Assembly (NCBI GenBank): GCA_026986535.1
Contig: JALSOK010000066.1
Coordinates: 1-43,023, forward strand
Source: a candidate division WOR-3 bacterium
GTDB lineage: Bacteria > Hydrothermota > Hydrothermia > LBFQ01 > DSFT01
Length of the DNA: 43,023 nt
Reading direction: 5' to 3'
The notes under the pieces are model-generated. The model ran no database searches. It was not told the DNA's origin and was given only the letters and a program-made list of their open reading frames with translations. Positions 28,636 through 38,357 of the stretch are shown here, one piece after another. The position numbers were made by a program, and so were the translations under genes. The first letter of the stretch is position 1, and the number at the start of each line of letters is the position of its first letter.

Positions 28636-30348
28636 TCACTCCGAAACAGGTCTTTTCCTCCTCACCATATAGGGACCAATAGCGAGAGCATCCAGGTCGG
28701 AATTCTTCAGCGTAAATATAGCCTGCTCAGGCGTATAGACAATGGGATAACCATGAAGATTGAAAGAAGTATTGAGCACACCTCCCACGCCCGTCTTTTC
28801 CATAAACCTTTTGATCAGGCGGTAATATTCTGGATTGTCCTCTTCGAAAACAACCTGGGGTCTTCCTGTTAGATCATGCTGATGCAATCCGGCCGGTATG
28901 GAACTTCGTGCTGCTGCCCTGGTGGGGTAAGCGATTATCATATATTTTTCGCTCTTAGTTCTAACAGGAACATCGAAATAATCCTCGAACACTTCCGCCA
29001 GTACAGATGGGGCAAATGGCATCCAGAAATCCCTCTTCTTTATCGCTCTGTTAATCCGGGAAATGACGCCATAGTTTCTGGGATCCGCAAGGATAGAACG
29101 ATTTCCAAGGGCCCTTGCCCCCCACTCGGATGGACCATAAAATCTCGCCACTATAAAGCCATCGACCAGCATCTCAGCCACATATTCATGAATGTCGTCA
29201 CCGATCTTTTCTACTACGAACTCTGACTCGTCCAGTTCTTCCAGAGCTTTTTCCACCTCTCTATCATCGAAATTCCTTCCAAAATATAAATTCCCCAGGG
29301 GCTTGGGCCTGATTCCATTTTGAGCCGAAACATAAGCCGCAGCCCCATAAGCAGTGCTTTCATCACCTGAAGAGGGCATAATGAACACATTGGAGAATCT
29401 TCGAAGTAGTCCGTAATTCATCTTAACATTCATAAATACGCCACCCGCGGCAGCAATAGTATCATACGAGCCCCTTATGTTCTCGATCCACTCATAAACA
29501 ATGTCCTCAAGCAGCTTCTGGGCCGAATAAGCAATACTATCGAAGCGGACTTTAAAGAAGAGTTTTCTAAACAACCCGAGGTAGTCCCTCTTATAGACAC
29601 CCGACCGATTAATGATCTTATCACCCCTGACCTCGAACAGATTTCTAACTTTTTCCCTGTAGATCCTCTGTGCATATTCGATGTTGGCATAAGGTGCCAG
29701 TCCCATTACTTTATACTCATGAGACAGGGGCTTCATTCCCAGATACTCGGTGATACGGGTATAGAACTCTCCTATCGAATTGTATGCCGAGATTCTTCCT
29801 ATGCGGTTCAGACTTAAACCCTCTGCATGATAATAACTCCCGCTAATCCCATCACCGGAGCCATCCAGTGTAACGACCAGGGCCCTGTTGAACCCCGAGC
29901 CAAAATAAGCAGAAGCCGCATGAGCAAGATGATGTTCTACAAATTCAATGGATGCATCAATACCCATATCACGAAGCAATTTTTCAATTTTCTCTCTTCT
30001 TCTCGAAAATCTTTCAACCCACCCGACGAGTAAATCCACATACCAGTCCCCCTGCAAAAGGGTCCTGGGAATAAATCGGTATAAAGCCTGATAAAGATTG
30101 CGCGGAAATTTTGGATCCGAAAACTCTTCAGGAAGAAGAGGAGGAGTAATCGTCGATACAGCAACTCTATCTATATCACGGGCCGATATACCGGAAATCT
30201 TCAATACCTCCTCTATGGCCTTTCGGGGGAAACCACCTCTTTCTTTCTGATGCCACAGTCGCTCCTCTGAAACCATGGCCTTAATTTCGCCATCTATCAT
30301 CACGCATGCTGTAGCAGTATGACCGTCGTGAATTCCAAGGATCTTCAT
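28636..30348 (-). CDS. O-carbamoyltransferase (NodU/CmcH/TobZ family)
   Basis: EHHLAHAASAY, DGSGD, EYKVMGLAPY, GGVFMNVK, ARALGNRSILADP, PFAPS, LNTSFNLHG. Confidence 0.93.
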   Translation of the reverse strand: MKILGIHDGHTATACVMIDGEIKAMVSEERLWHQKERGGFPRKAIEEVLKISGISARDIDRVAVSTITPPLLPEEFSDPKFPRNLYQALYRFIPRTLLQGDWYVDLLVGWVERFSRRREKIEKLLRDMGIDASIEFVEHHLAHAASAYFGSGFNRALVVTLDGSGDGISGSYYHAEGLSLNRIGRISAYNSIGEFYTRITEYLGMKPLSHEYKVMGLAPYANIEYAQRIYREKVRNLFEVRGDKIINRSGVYKRDYLGLFRKLFFKVRFDSIAYSAQKLLEDIVYEWIENIRGSYDTIAAAGGVFMNVKMNYGLLRRFSNVFIMPSSGDESTAYGAAAYVSAQNGIRPKPLGNLYFGRNFDDREVEKALEELDESEFVVEKIGDDIHEYVAEMLVDGFIVARFYGPSEWGARALGNRSILADPRNYGVISRINRAIKKRDFWMPFAPSVLAEVFEDYFDVPVRTKSEKYMIIAYPTRAAARSSIPAGLHQHDLTGRPQVVFEEDNPEYYRLIKRFMEKTGVGGVLNTSFNLHGYPIVYTPEQAIFTLKNSDLDALAIGPYMVRRKRPVSE

Positions 30349-30357
30349 GGTTGAGAA

Positions 30358-30384
30358 ATTTTAAAACATTCTTCACTTTAAACT
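30358..30384. promoter_or_regulatory. Compact divergent promoter with back-to-back -10 boxes
   Basis: ATTTTA at 30358-30363 (minus strand, 9 nt before ATG 30348) and TAAACT at 30379-30384 (7 nt before ATG 30392), in a 43-nt gap. Confidence 0.6.
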
Positions 30385-30391
30385 TTCCCCT

Positions 30392-31180
30392 ATGAAAGAT
30401 TGGGCATTAATACTGGGTGCATCGAGCGGCTTCGGGAGGGCCACGGCGATAGAGCTCTCCCGGAGGGGTTTCCATATTCTCGGCGTGCATTTCGACACGA
30501 AAGCCACCATAGAAAACGCCGTAAAAACCAGAGAGGAAGTGGAAAAGAATGGAGCGAAGGCGGAATTTTTCAATATCAATGCCGGCGATGAGAAGAAGAT
30601 GAACCAGGTGCTGGACGAATTCCAGGCGAAATATCCGGATGCGAAAATCCGGGTCCTCATGCACTCCATCGCCTTCGGAACCCTCGTTCCCTTCATAGCA
30701 GAAAAGAGAGAGGAAGCCCTCAAGCGGAAGCAACTCGAAATGACCCTTCATCTCATGGCCAACACCCTCGTTTACTGGACACAGGAGGTCTTCTACAGGA
30801 ACCTCTTCCTCTCTCCCGGAGGACGCATATTTGCCATGACCAGCGAGGGAAGCCTGCGGGTCACGAAGCACTACGGAGCCGTCTCAGGGGCCAAAGCCCT
30901 CATAGAGAGCCATATCCGTCAGCTGGCGCTCGAACTGGCACCATACGGCATAACCGCCAACGCTATAATGGCGGGCGTCACAGACACCCCCGCCCTCAGG
31001 AAGATTCCGGGGCACGAGAACATAGTGGAGTTCACCCTGAAGAGGAACCCCTCCGGCAGGCTCACCACACCACAGGATGTGGCGAAAGCAATAGCCGGCT
31101 TCACCTCCCGGGACTTCGACTGGATGACGGGGAATGTCATACATGTGGACGGCGGTGAAATAATAGCGGGGATAGAGTAA
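30392..31180 (+). CDS. SDR oxidoreductase, enoyl-ACP reductase (FabL/FabI)-like
   Basis: ILGASSGFG, Y-x6-K (YGAVSGAK), GVTDTPAL, TGNVIHVDGG. Confidence 0.85.
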   Translation: MKDWALILGASSGFGRATAIELSRRGFHILGVHFDTKATIENAVKTREEVEKNGAKAEFFNINAGDEKKMNQVLDEFQAKYPDAKIRVLMHSIAFGTLVPFIAEKREEALKRKQLEMTLHLMANTLVYWTQEVFYRNLFLSPGGRIFAMTSEGSLRVTKHYGAVSGAKALIESHIRQLALELAPYGITANAIMAGVTDTPALRKIPGHENIVEFTLKRNPSGRLTTPQDVAKAIAGFTSRDFDWMTGNVIHVDGGEIIAGIE

Positions 31181-31182
31181 GG

Positions 31183-32079
31183 ATGATGATAATTTATCTG
31201 ATTGCAGGTTTAACACTGCCCGTCGAGAATGCGACGACGGGGCAACCGGTCGACAGCGCCTATGCCATCGTTTACGGGATATACCCCGATGGAAGGGCCA
31301 TGGTCATAGACAGCGGGGTCGTGAAGAACGGAAAGCTGGAATTCGATGTTGCGGACACCACTGTGAAGAACATAGGAGTACAGGTCAGGTACAGAGGATA
31401 CGATTTCTTCAGCCCCGTCCTGGCACTTCCCCTGAAAGGGGATGAAAAGGTGCTCGTTTACAATGTGACCAATAAGGCCGAGGATGTATCGATAATCGGA
31501 TACGATGCCTTCGTCGTGGACCAGGATACCCTGATTGTGGTCTCGGAGAACATCTACCTTGCGAAGCAGGGCAAAGAAGCCTCCATTCCGGAAAATCCCA
31601 TAGTAAAAGTGGTGCTTCCCGAAGGCTTCACAGGATTCAGATACACGGGCCTCCCGACGGATACGGTGGAAATAGTGGGCGATACCCTGTTCATCCGCCC
31701 CTTCGTCGTTCCCAACGCCAACAATATAGTGGGCTTCGTGTATGCGGTGAAGAAGAAACTCAGGTTGCACAGGGACTTCGGGGCCATACAGTACTCCCTC
31801 GCAGTCCCCAAGAGGCTTAAGCACAAAGTCAGCGGTCTGACCCCCCAGGGCGAGCAGCCCATGGGCAATATCTCTCTCGTAATATACGGAGGGAATTCCC
31901 CCTTCACCCTCGAAGCCTCCACCGGCGGTGCTGGAGGCATAGCTGATCTCCTCTCGAAGTATAAGTATGTACTGGTGGCTCTGGTTGCAATAGTACTAAT
32001 ACTGGCACTGATGTACTTCCAGAAGAAGCAGAAAGGTGCATCCGAAGCCCAGTCGAAGGAAGAAAAGGATCAAGAATGA
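31183..32079 (+). CDS. Exported beta-rich protein with a C-terminal membrane anchor
   Basis: Short hydrophobic N-terminus; C-terminal TM YVLVALVAIVLILALMYF followed by QKKQK. Confidence 0.75.
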   Translation: MMIIYLIAGLTLPVENATTGQPVDSAYAIVYGIYPDGRAMVIDSGVVKNGKLEFDVADTTVKNIGVQVRYRGYDFFSPVLALPLKGDEKVLVYNVTNKAEDVSIIGYDAFVVDQDTLIVVSENIYLAKQGKEASIPENPIVKVVLPEGFTGFRYTGLPTDTVEIVGDTLFIRPFVVPNANNIVGFVYAVKKKLRLHRDFGAIQYSLAVPKRLKHKVSGLTPQGEQPMGNISLVIYGGNSPFTLEASTGGAGGIADLLSKYKYVLVALVAIVLILALMYFQKKQKGASEAQSKEEKDQE

Positions 32080-32087
32080 TTTATTCT

Positions 32088-32105
32088 GGCCCCGTTTTCG
32101 GGGCC
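32088..32105 (+). terminator. Hairpin between the 31183..32079 gene and ccmA
   Basis: GGCCCCG-tttt-CGGGGCC. Confidence 0.5.
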
Positions 32106-32116
32106 CCTATCGGAGC

Positions 32117-32686
32117 ATGATTCTGCTGGAAAAAGTCCACAAGCGATACGGCCCCAGGGTGGTCTTCGATGAATTGAACCTGACGATAGGAAAGGGCATC
32201 AGCATAATCAGAGGACCCAACGGATCCGGAAAGAGCACCCTCCTGCGCATCCTGGCGGGAATAGAAAGGCCCACCCGCGGAAGGGTAAAAGTACTGGACA
32301 GAACCCCCCGGGAGGCGAGACCCCTGATATCCTACCTGGGCCACAGAACCGGCCTCTATCCCCACATGAGCGTGAAGGAGAATCTGGACTTCTTTTCCAG
32401 CATCCACGGGGGCGATTACATGCCCATGGTGGAGAAATTCGGCCTGATCGAGTACATGCACTATCCCCTGAGGAAGCTCTCCCGCGGTAATCTGCAGAAA
32501 GTGGGCCTCGTCCGGACCCTCATGAGAGAAGTGCCCCTGTATCTGCTCGATGAGCCCACCACCGCACTGGACTCCCGCTCCAGAGAGACATTTATCGAAA
32601 TAATCTCCTCCATGAGGGACCGCATCGTGCTCATAGCAACCCACGAGGACCTGGGACTGGACAGCCATGCTGAGATTAATCTATAA
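32117..32686 (+). CDS. ccmA: ABC ATPase, CcmA-like
   Basis: GPNGSGKST, YLGHRTGLY, LSRGN, LLDEP; start at MILLEK; adjacent to a CcmB-like gene. Confidence 0.8.
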   Translation: MILLEKVHKRYGPRVVFDELNLTIGKGISIIRGPNGSGKSTLLRILAGIERPTRGRVKVLDRTPREARPLISYLGHRTGLYPHMSVKENLDFFSSIHGGDYMPMVEKFGLIEYMHYPLRKLSRGNLQKVGLVRTLMREVPLYLLDEPTTALDSRSRETFIEIISSMRDRIVLIATHEDLGLDSHAEINL

Positions 32687-33287
32687 GGACCTGCTTCTGC
32701 CCCTGCGTTCCTCCAGTTATCTGTGGGCTTTCGTCATAAACAATATTCTCCTGGTATTCATCCTGTCTCTGGCGATACCCCTTGAGTACATTCGGGATAT
32801 GGCAACAGGCATGTTCTGGGCTGTGAATTTCCTTAATGCATCCGGGTTCACCCTCAAAGTCGTGGAGGATGAATTCGAAGATGAAGCCATGTACAGCGTA
32901 CTCATGAGCCCCCTGAGCCATGGACACATCGCCCTCTCCAAAATTCTCTCCACCCTCCTCTACCTGCTCGTAGCCTCCCTTATAAACCTCAGCGCAATAG
33001 TGGTCCTCTTCAGGGTGCAGGAGCCCTTTCCCCTTTCCTTCTGGCTGTTCATCCCTGTGGGGCTGGCAGGAATATCCGTGATCGGACTTCTCATCTCCCT
33101 GATAACCATCAAACTGACCTTCAGAACCCTGTCCTTCTACATCCTGTCCCTTCCCCTGTATGTGCCGTTCTTCATCGCCTGTGTTCAGGGCTCCACGGAC
33201 TTCAGGGTGGAGTGGATGATGCTGGCCCTCTTCCTGATATCCGCCTATATGTTCATACTTCTGACATACATGGAGAGGGAGCTTTAA
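32667..33287 (+). CDS. ccmB: Heme exporter CcmB-like permease
   Basis: LIYKDLLL N-terminus, about six TMs, EFED loop, LSLPLYVP. Confidence 0.75.
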   Translation: MLRLIYKDLLLPLRSSSYLWAFVINNILLVFILSLAIPLEYIRDMATGMFWAVNFLNASGFTLKVVEDEFEDEAMYSVLMSPLSHGHIALSKILSTLLYLLVASLINLSAIVVLFRVQEPFPLSFWLFIPVGLAGISVIGLLISLITIKLTFRTLSFYILSLPLYVPFFIACVQGSTDFRVEWMMLALFLISAYMFILLTYMEREL

Positions 33288-33305
33288 GCAGAGGGCGAAC
33301 GCCCC

Positions 33306-33539
33306 CTACAGATATTCCCTGACCTCCTGAAGAGCGTCGTAAAATTTATCTATATCCTCCGGGAAAATCATTATCAACTGGCGCTTGACCCCTTCCTCCG
33401 TCTTCCTGTTCTCGCTTATCACGAGATAGTTCTCCCCCTTGCTGTTCACCTTCACATCCAGATAGTATGTTCTCCTGCCCGCCCTGATCCTGCGGGTGAA
33501 CTTTATATTGTTATTTCGCTTCTCCTTCCTGTCTTCCAT
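33306..33539 (-). CDS. PUR-domain/DUF3276 single-stranded nucleic-acid-binding protein
   Basis: [13 protein letters not shown]...YLVISE...IFPEDIDKF. Confidence 0.85.
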   Translation of the reverse strand: MEDRKEKRNNNIKFTRRIRAGRRTYYLDVKVNSKGENYLVISENRKTEEGVKRQLIMIFPEDIDKFYDALQEVREYL

Positions 33540-34545
33540 CTTCTCCCCCTTGTTCTCCTTTTAACTTCTCCATTACGGCCCTTTCTATGCGCTCCCTGAG
33601 GGCGGAGTCCTCTCTCAGAACCTTCAGGGATTTCTCCCTTCCCTGAGCAAGCTGCTCCCCCTCGAAGGAGAACCACGAGCCTGCCTTCTTTATGATCTTC
33701 AACTGAACAGCCAGGTCAAAGAGCTCCCCCAGCCTGTCTATGCCCTCTCCGTAAATCAGGTCGAAAGCGGCCTCCCTGTACGGGGGAGCCAGTTTATTCT
33801 TCACCACTTTCACCTTTATGCGATGCCCGATCGGTGTATTGCCCTCCTTCAGGGTCTCCCCCCTGCGAACCTCCAGCCTGACAGATGCGAAGAACTTCAG
33901 GGCCCTTCCTCCCGTAGTGGTCTCCGGATTCCCGTACATTACCCCTATCTTCTCCCTGACCTGATTTATGAAGATGGCCACGGTACGGGTTTTGCTTATC
34001 GCACCGGTCAGCTTCCTGAGGGCCTTGCTCATCATGCGGGCGTGGACGCCCACCGTGGAATCGTCCATGGCTCCATCCAGCTCCGCCTTCGGGACCAGAG
34101 CAGCAACGGAATCCACCACTATAAGATCCACTGCGGAACTCCGGACGAACCTGTCCATAATCTCGAGGGCCTGCTCCCCGTAATCGGGCTGCGCTATGAA
34201 GAGATTCCCGTCCTCCACATCGACCCCTATGAGGCGGGCATATTCGGGATCGAATGCATGCTCTGCGTCTATGAAGAGAACAGATCCACCACTCTTCTGA
34301 GCTTCGGCCATGGCCATCAGGGCGAGGGTCGTTTTACCGGATGCCTCCTGTCCATAGATCTCTATGATTCTTCCGCGGGGATATCCTCCTATTCCAAGGG
34401 CATAGTCGAGAGTGAGAGAACCTGTGGGTATAACGGGAACCTGCACCTTCGCCCTGTCGCTCAGGCGCATAACGGTTCCCTTCCCGAATTCCTTCTCCAC
34501 AACTTTCAGGGTGGCTTCGAGAGCCTTCTGCTTATCCTTATCCAT
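33511..34545 (-). CDS. recA: Recombinase A
   Basis: [48 protein letters not shown]. Confidence 0.99.
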   Translation of the reverse strand: MDKDKQKALEATLKVVEKEFGKGTVMRLSDRAKVQVPVIPTGSLTLDYALGIGGYPRGRIIEIYGQEASGKTTLALMAMAEAQKSGGSVLFIDAEHAFDPEYARLIGVDVEDGNLFIAQPDYGEQALEIMDRFVRSSAVDLIVVDSVAALVPKAELDGAMDDSTVGVHARMMSKALRKLTGAISKTRTVAIFINQVREKIGVMYGNPETTTGGRALKFFASVRLEVRRGETLKEGNTPIGHRIKVKVVKNKLAPPYREAAFDLIYGEGIDRLGELFDLAVQLKIIKKAGSWFSFEGEQLAQGREKSLKVLREDSALRERIERAVMEKLKGEQGGEDGRQEGEAK

Positions 34546-34556
34546 GCTAACCCCCT

Positions 34557-35117
34557 CTAAAGCTCAACCATCGGAGGGATTATCCCCTCCTGATTCTGGT
34601 ACTTCCCCTTCCTGTCCCTGTAGGACATCCTGGTGATTTCATCCGCCTCCAGGAATATAATCTGGGCTATTCCCTCGTTGGCATAAATCTTGGCGGGAAG
34701 GGGAGTCGTATTGCTAATCTCTATCGTAAGATACCCCTCCCATTCGGGCTCGAGGGGTGTTATATTCACTATTATGCCGGCGCGGGCATAGGTGCTCTTT
34801 CCAATGCACAATCCCAGAACATTGCGGGGAATTCGAAAGTACTCCACGCTCCTTGCGAGGGCAAAGGAATTGGGGGGAATGATCGCATAATCCCCCTTGA
34901 AGTCTATGAAGGAGCGCTCATCGAAATTCTTCGGGTCCACGATGACGGAATACACATTGGTGAAAATCTTGAACTCATCGGCGACCCTTATGTCATATCC
35001 GTACGAGGAAAGCCCATAGGAGATGACGCCCTTTCTGATGAGCTCCTTCTCGAAGGGTTGAATCATCCCATACTTCAGGGACATCTCCTCGATCCACCTG
35101 TCCGACTTTATAGCCAT
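34557..35117 (-). CDS. dcd: dCTP deaminase
   Basis: [43 protein letters not shown]. Confidence 0.97.
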   Translation of the reverse strand: MAIKSDRWIEEMSLKYGMIQPFEKELIRKGVISYGLSSYGYDIRVADEFKIFTNVYSVIVDPKNFDERSFIDFKGDYAIIPPNSFALARSVEYFRIPRNVLGLCIGKSTYARAGIIVNITPLEPEWEGYLTIEISNTTPLPAKIYANEGIAQIIFLEADEITRMSYRDRKGKYQNQEGIIPPMVEL

Positions 35118-35142
35118 ACCCGTCCCCACAATTTTAAATGCA

Positions 35143-35215
35143 TGGAGCGGAGGGGACTCGAACCCCCGACCTCCTCGTTGCGAACGAGGCGCTCTCCCGG
35201 CTGAGCTACCGCCCC
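35143..35215 (-). tRNA. tRNA-Ala (CGC), CCA not encoded
   Basis: GGGGCGG acceptor, CCTCG-TTCGCAA-CGAGG, GTTCGAG; TAAACT at 35228-35233. Confidence 0.96.
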
Positions 35216-35235
35216 GTATGTGTCAAAAGTTTAAA

Positions 35236-35976
35236 CTATTTGAAGGCGATAATCTGATACCTCATCGTATTCCTGTTGCACAGGGCCAGACCCATGTGAT
35301 TCAGACACACAACCCTGGAAAATCCAGCCCTGTGGAGAAGCCCGTTGATGACCCTGAGGGTATATGCCCTCTCCCTCAGCTCCCCCGATATGCGCTTCCA
35401 GACTCCACCCTCCCGGTAAAACACATCTATGGCGAGGCGGGTTATGGCCCCCTCCCTCCTGGCCCTCCAGATTACCACGAGCCCTTCCCCCTCATCCACC
35501 CTCTCCAGCCCATCCCAGTACACCCTGTAGGAATGGGGACTATTCATATCGAAGAGGAAAACACCCCCATCCACGAGCACATCGTAAACCTGCCGGAACA
35601 CCTCCAGAAGCCCTTCCGATGAGAGAACCGTATTCAGGCTGTCGAAGGTGGATATGGCTGCATCGAAGGATTTACCGGAGAAGGGTATGGAAAAGAAGGA
35701 ACCCGCCACAACCCTGCCCCCCATTCCCCTGGCAACAGCCTGTTTCAGCATCGGAAAAGATACATCCATCGCATACACATCGAACCCTTCCCTCAGAAGA
35801 TTCACATCCAGAGAGCCCGTGCCCGCCGAAATATCCAGAACCTTTCTGCCGGGAGCATTCTGCAGAAGGAGGAGCTTCAGGTACCTGCTCCACAGGACAT
35901 AATCAGCACCAGCCATACGCACTATCCTGTCGTAGAAGGGGGCAATCTTATCGAAGAAGGACTTCACATCTTCCAT
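35236..35976 (-). CDS. Class I SAM-dependent methyltransferase
   Basis: FDKIAPFYD, VLDISAGTG, DVSFPML, FDSLN, GGVFLFD; start at MEDVK. Confidence 0.88.
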   Translation of the reverse strand: MEDVKSFFDKIAPFYDRIVRMAGADYVLWSRYLKLLLLQNAPGRKVLDISAGTGSLDVNLLREGFDVYAMDVSFPMLKQAVARGMGGRVVAGSFFSIPFSGKSFDAAISTFDSLNTVLSSEGLLEVFRQVYDVLVDGGVFLFDMNSPHSYRVYWDGLERVDEGEGLVVIWRARREGAITRLAIDVFYREGGVWKRISGELRERAYTLRVINGLLHRAGFSRVVCLNHMGLALCNRNTMRYQIIAFK

Positions 35977-36500
35977 CTCTGTGCCAGCCTCCTGCTGAGA
36001 AAAAAGTACAGAAGGAATGTTAAGGCACCCGCGATGGTAACACCCAGATACCATCCCCTGAACCCCATCCGCAGACCCGCTCCCATAAGAACAAGAATGG
36101 AATCTGCAGGCAACCTTACGAAAAGCACTATGGCCACGAAATCCCGGAAGCGCACCCCCGACGCCCCTGCAACGAAACAGAGGGCATCCTTTGGCATGCC
36201 GGGGAGCAGGAACAGGACGAAGAGGCCCAGAACCCCCCTATCCTCCATGAATTTCCTGAACCTTTCGTATCTGCTTCTCTCGACGAATCTCAGGACGATG
36301 GATTCCCCGAATCGGCGGGCGAGCCAGAAAGCAATGAAGGAGCCCAGCATCATGCCCGTCCAGTCCACCGCCAGACCCCAGACTCCGAAGTAGTATCCGG
36401 CAGCCGCGGGGACCAGATGGCCCGGTATGAAGGGAATGACTATCTGTACAATATGGGCCAGAATCAGAGCCAGGGCAAGTAGTATTCTGCCAGCATCCAT
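35964..36500 (-). CDS. TVP38/TMEM64 (DedA superfamily) membrane protein
   Basis: QIVIPFIPG, GSFIAFWLARRFG, FLLPGMPKDALCF. Confidence 0.88.
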   Translation of the reverse strand: MDAGRILLALALILAHIVQIVIPFIPGHLVPAAAGYYFGVWGLAVDWTGMMLGSFIAFWLARRFGESIVLRFVERSRYERFRKFMEDRGVLGLFVLFLLPGMPKDALCFVAGASGVRFRDFVAIVLFVRLPADSILVLMGAGLRMGFRGWYLGVTIAGALTFLLYFFLSRRLAQRWKM

Positions 36501-37171
36501 ATCATGGCTCCCATTACTCCCGCCACCACATCATCCAGAATCACCCCACCCTCCCCTTTGACCCTGTCGAAGATGTTTATGGGGAAAACCTTCGTCACAT
36601 CGAGAAGCTCGAACAGCGCCCATCCGGCGAGTACATGGGGCAGCTGGTGGGGAACGAATATCAGGAGTATCATCATTCCCAGCACCTCGTCTATGGTGAC
36701 CCTCCTGGGATCAGGCTTTCTGTAGTGCTTTATGGCAAATCTGACGAAATAAAAAGAGGCGAAGAATAGAGAGGCAAACAGAACAAAAAGAGCGTATGTG
36801 CAGGGAGCAAGCCACCATACGAGGAGTGCGGTTATCAGGGCGGACAGCGCTCCCCCTCCCCTGGAAAGGAAATATCCAATTATGGTTCCGGCGAACAGGA
36901 GGTTTACAGTTTCGTAATATCTGCTGTAGATCCAGTAGGAAGCCAGTCCGAGCAGACCAGAGAGCAGTATCAAAATGCCTGCCGTGCGTATATCCAGAAG
37001 GCCCATCTGAAAATAAATGCTGTAGAGGAATACGACCGAGACGAATATCACCGCCGCGGTCCGGAGAAAACCCATCCTCATGAAGGTGAGATACATGGAA
37101 AAGGGAATGACGGCAAGAATCCCATAGAATACGAAGAGGAGGGGAATGGAAGACAGGAGCAGGTAGTACAT
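36464..37171 (-). CDS. pgpA: Phosphatidylglycerophosphatase A with an extra N-terminal membrane region
   Basis: DPRRVTIDEVLG, DVTKVFPI, GVILDDVVAG; start at MYYLL with TAAAAT at 37180-37185. Confidence 0.78.
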   Translation of the reverse strand: MYYLLLSSIPLLFVFYGILAVIPFSMYLTFMRMGFLRTAAVIFVSVVFLYSIYFQMGLLDIRTAGILILLSGLLGLASYWIYSRYYETVNLLFAGTIIGYFLSRGGGALSALITALLVWWLAPCTYALFVLFASLFFASFYFVRFAIKHYRKPDPRRVTIDEVLGMMILLIFVPHQLPHVLAGWALFELLDVTKVFPINIFDRVKGEGGVILDDVVAGVMGAMIWMLAEYYLPWL

Positions 37172-37265
37172 GGATGCAAATTTTACAGTTCCATCCATCC
37201 GGCCAGTATCCCTATGAAACCGGAGGAAAAGCTCACACAGGGATAGTTACATATACGGACATGCA

Positions 37266-38357
37266 TCACTGCCGGCGGTTCGAATAGCCCCTGAGCCATC
37301 TGTAGTAATCGAGATAACGGAGAGCAAGGGACCTGTCGAATAAAATGACAACATTCTCATCGTTGTACCTGTCGGCATTGTTGGAAAAGTTATATGACCC
37401 AGTTATCACCACGCTGCTGTCTATCACGATGACCTTATTGTGCATAATTCTGGGATTTCTATCGGGAACCACATCCACACGCGCCCTCCTCAACCTGCGA
37501 TACTGGGTATGGGGATTGGCAAGATCCCTCTTCTCGACGATTCCGGACACCTTTACCCCCCTCTTCGCGGCCCGGATCATAGCAGTCGCTATCTTCCTCG
37601 ATGTGAAGGAAAAGGCCATGAAGTGGACCGTCTTTTCTGCATCATCTATCAGGCGGACGATGTGTCCGGAAACTCCATCCTCAGGGGCGAAATAGACCTC
37701 CACCCTCATGGAATCCAGGAGGTAACAGCATGGGGTATTGGAAGGGGAGTCCGGACCGAAGAGGTGCCTCTCGAACATCTCATCGAACTCCTTTTCATAC
37801 GAAGCGGCGATGTTCCTGGAGTTGATTATTACCACATTGTTATCGTTGAAGAAGAAGCCGTTATCGGTCCAGTTGGTGGATCCCGTAATTACATACTTCC
37901 CGTCTATGACTGCGAACTTATCGTGCATGAAATTCTGCCTGTAATCGAGGACAACGGGAATCCCTTTCTTCATAAGGTACCTGAGGGCCCTCTCCCTGGC
38001 ATTTCTCTCATCCGTGACCACCCTGACATCAACCCCCCTCTCCCGTGCATCCACGAGAGCAAGGGCCAGCTCCATATTGTCGATTTCGAATACGGCCACA
38101 TGGATGCTGTGCCTGGCGGAGCGTATGAGATGCATTATGGTCCTGAATGGGTCATCCACCTTCGTAAAATAAACCTCCACGGGATGCCCCGAAACATACT
38201 CGGCAGGAGGAGAGAATCGCTCCCGGGCCTTCTCCAGCATATACAGGCCCAGTATAACTGCGAGGATAAAGGGGAGTATCCAGTCTGCCAGGGCCCACTT
38301 CCTGGTTCTTCTGCTGGAGCGCCTGCGCCTCTTAGACCTGGTCTTCCGTCTTCCCAT
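37266..38357 (-). CDS. Membrane-anchored phospholipase D/nuclease superfamily protein with two HKD motifs
   Basis: MHDKFAVID...TGSTN and MHNKVIVID...TGSYN; poly-Arg N-terminus followed by a TM. Confidence 0.9.
   Translation of the reverse strand: MGRRKTRSKRRRRSSRRTRKWALADWILPFILAVILGLYMLEKARERFSPPAEYVSGHPVEVYFTKVDDPFRTIMHLIRSARHSIHVAVFEIDNMELALALVDARERGVDVRVVTDERNARERALRYLMKKGIPVVLDYRQNFMHDKFAVIDGKYVITGSTNWTDNGFFFNDNNVVIINSRNIAASYEKEFDEMFERHLFGPDSPSNTPCCYLLDSMRVEVYFAPEDGVSGHIVRLIDDAEKTVHFMAFSFTSRKIATAMIRAAKRGVKVSGIVEKRDLANPHTQYRRLRRARVDVVPDRNPRIMHNKVIVIDSSVVITGSYNFSNNADRYNDENVVILFDRSLALRYLDYYRWLRGYSNRRQ

Noticed and set aside
28504-35215. Near-identical tRNA-Ala copies as att-like direct repeats flanking a 6.6-kb island
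   Set aside because: Both are complete tRNAs with different anticodons and their own promoters; the interval holds core genes (recA, dcd) and no integrase.
37266-38357. PLD/HKD protein as an anti-phage nuclease system
   Set aside because: Membrane-anchored, host-like composition, housekeeping context, and no helicase or restriction-modification partners nearby.
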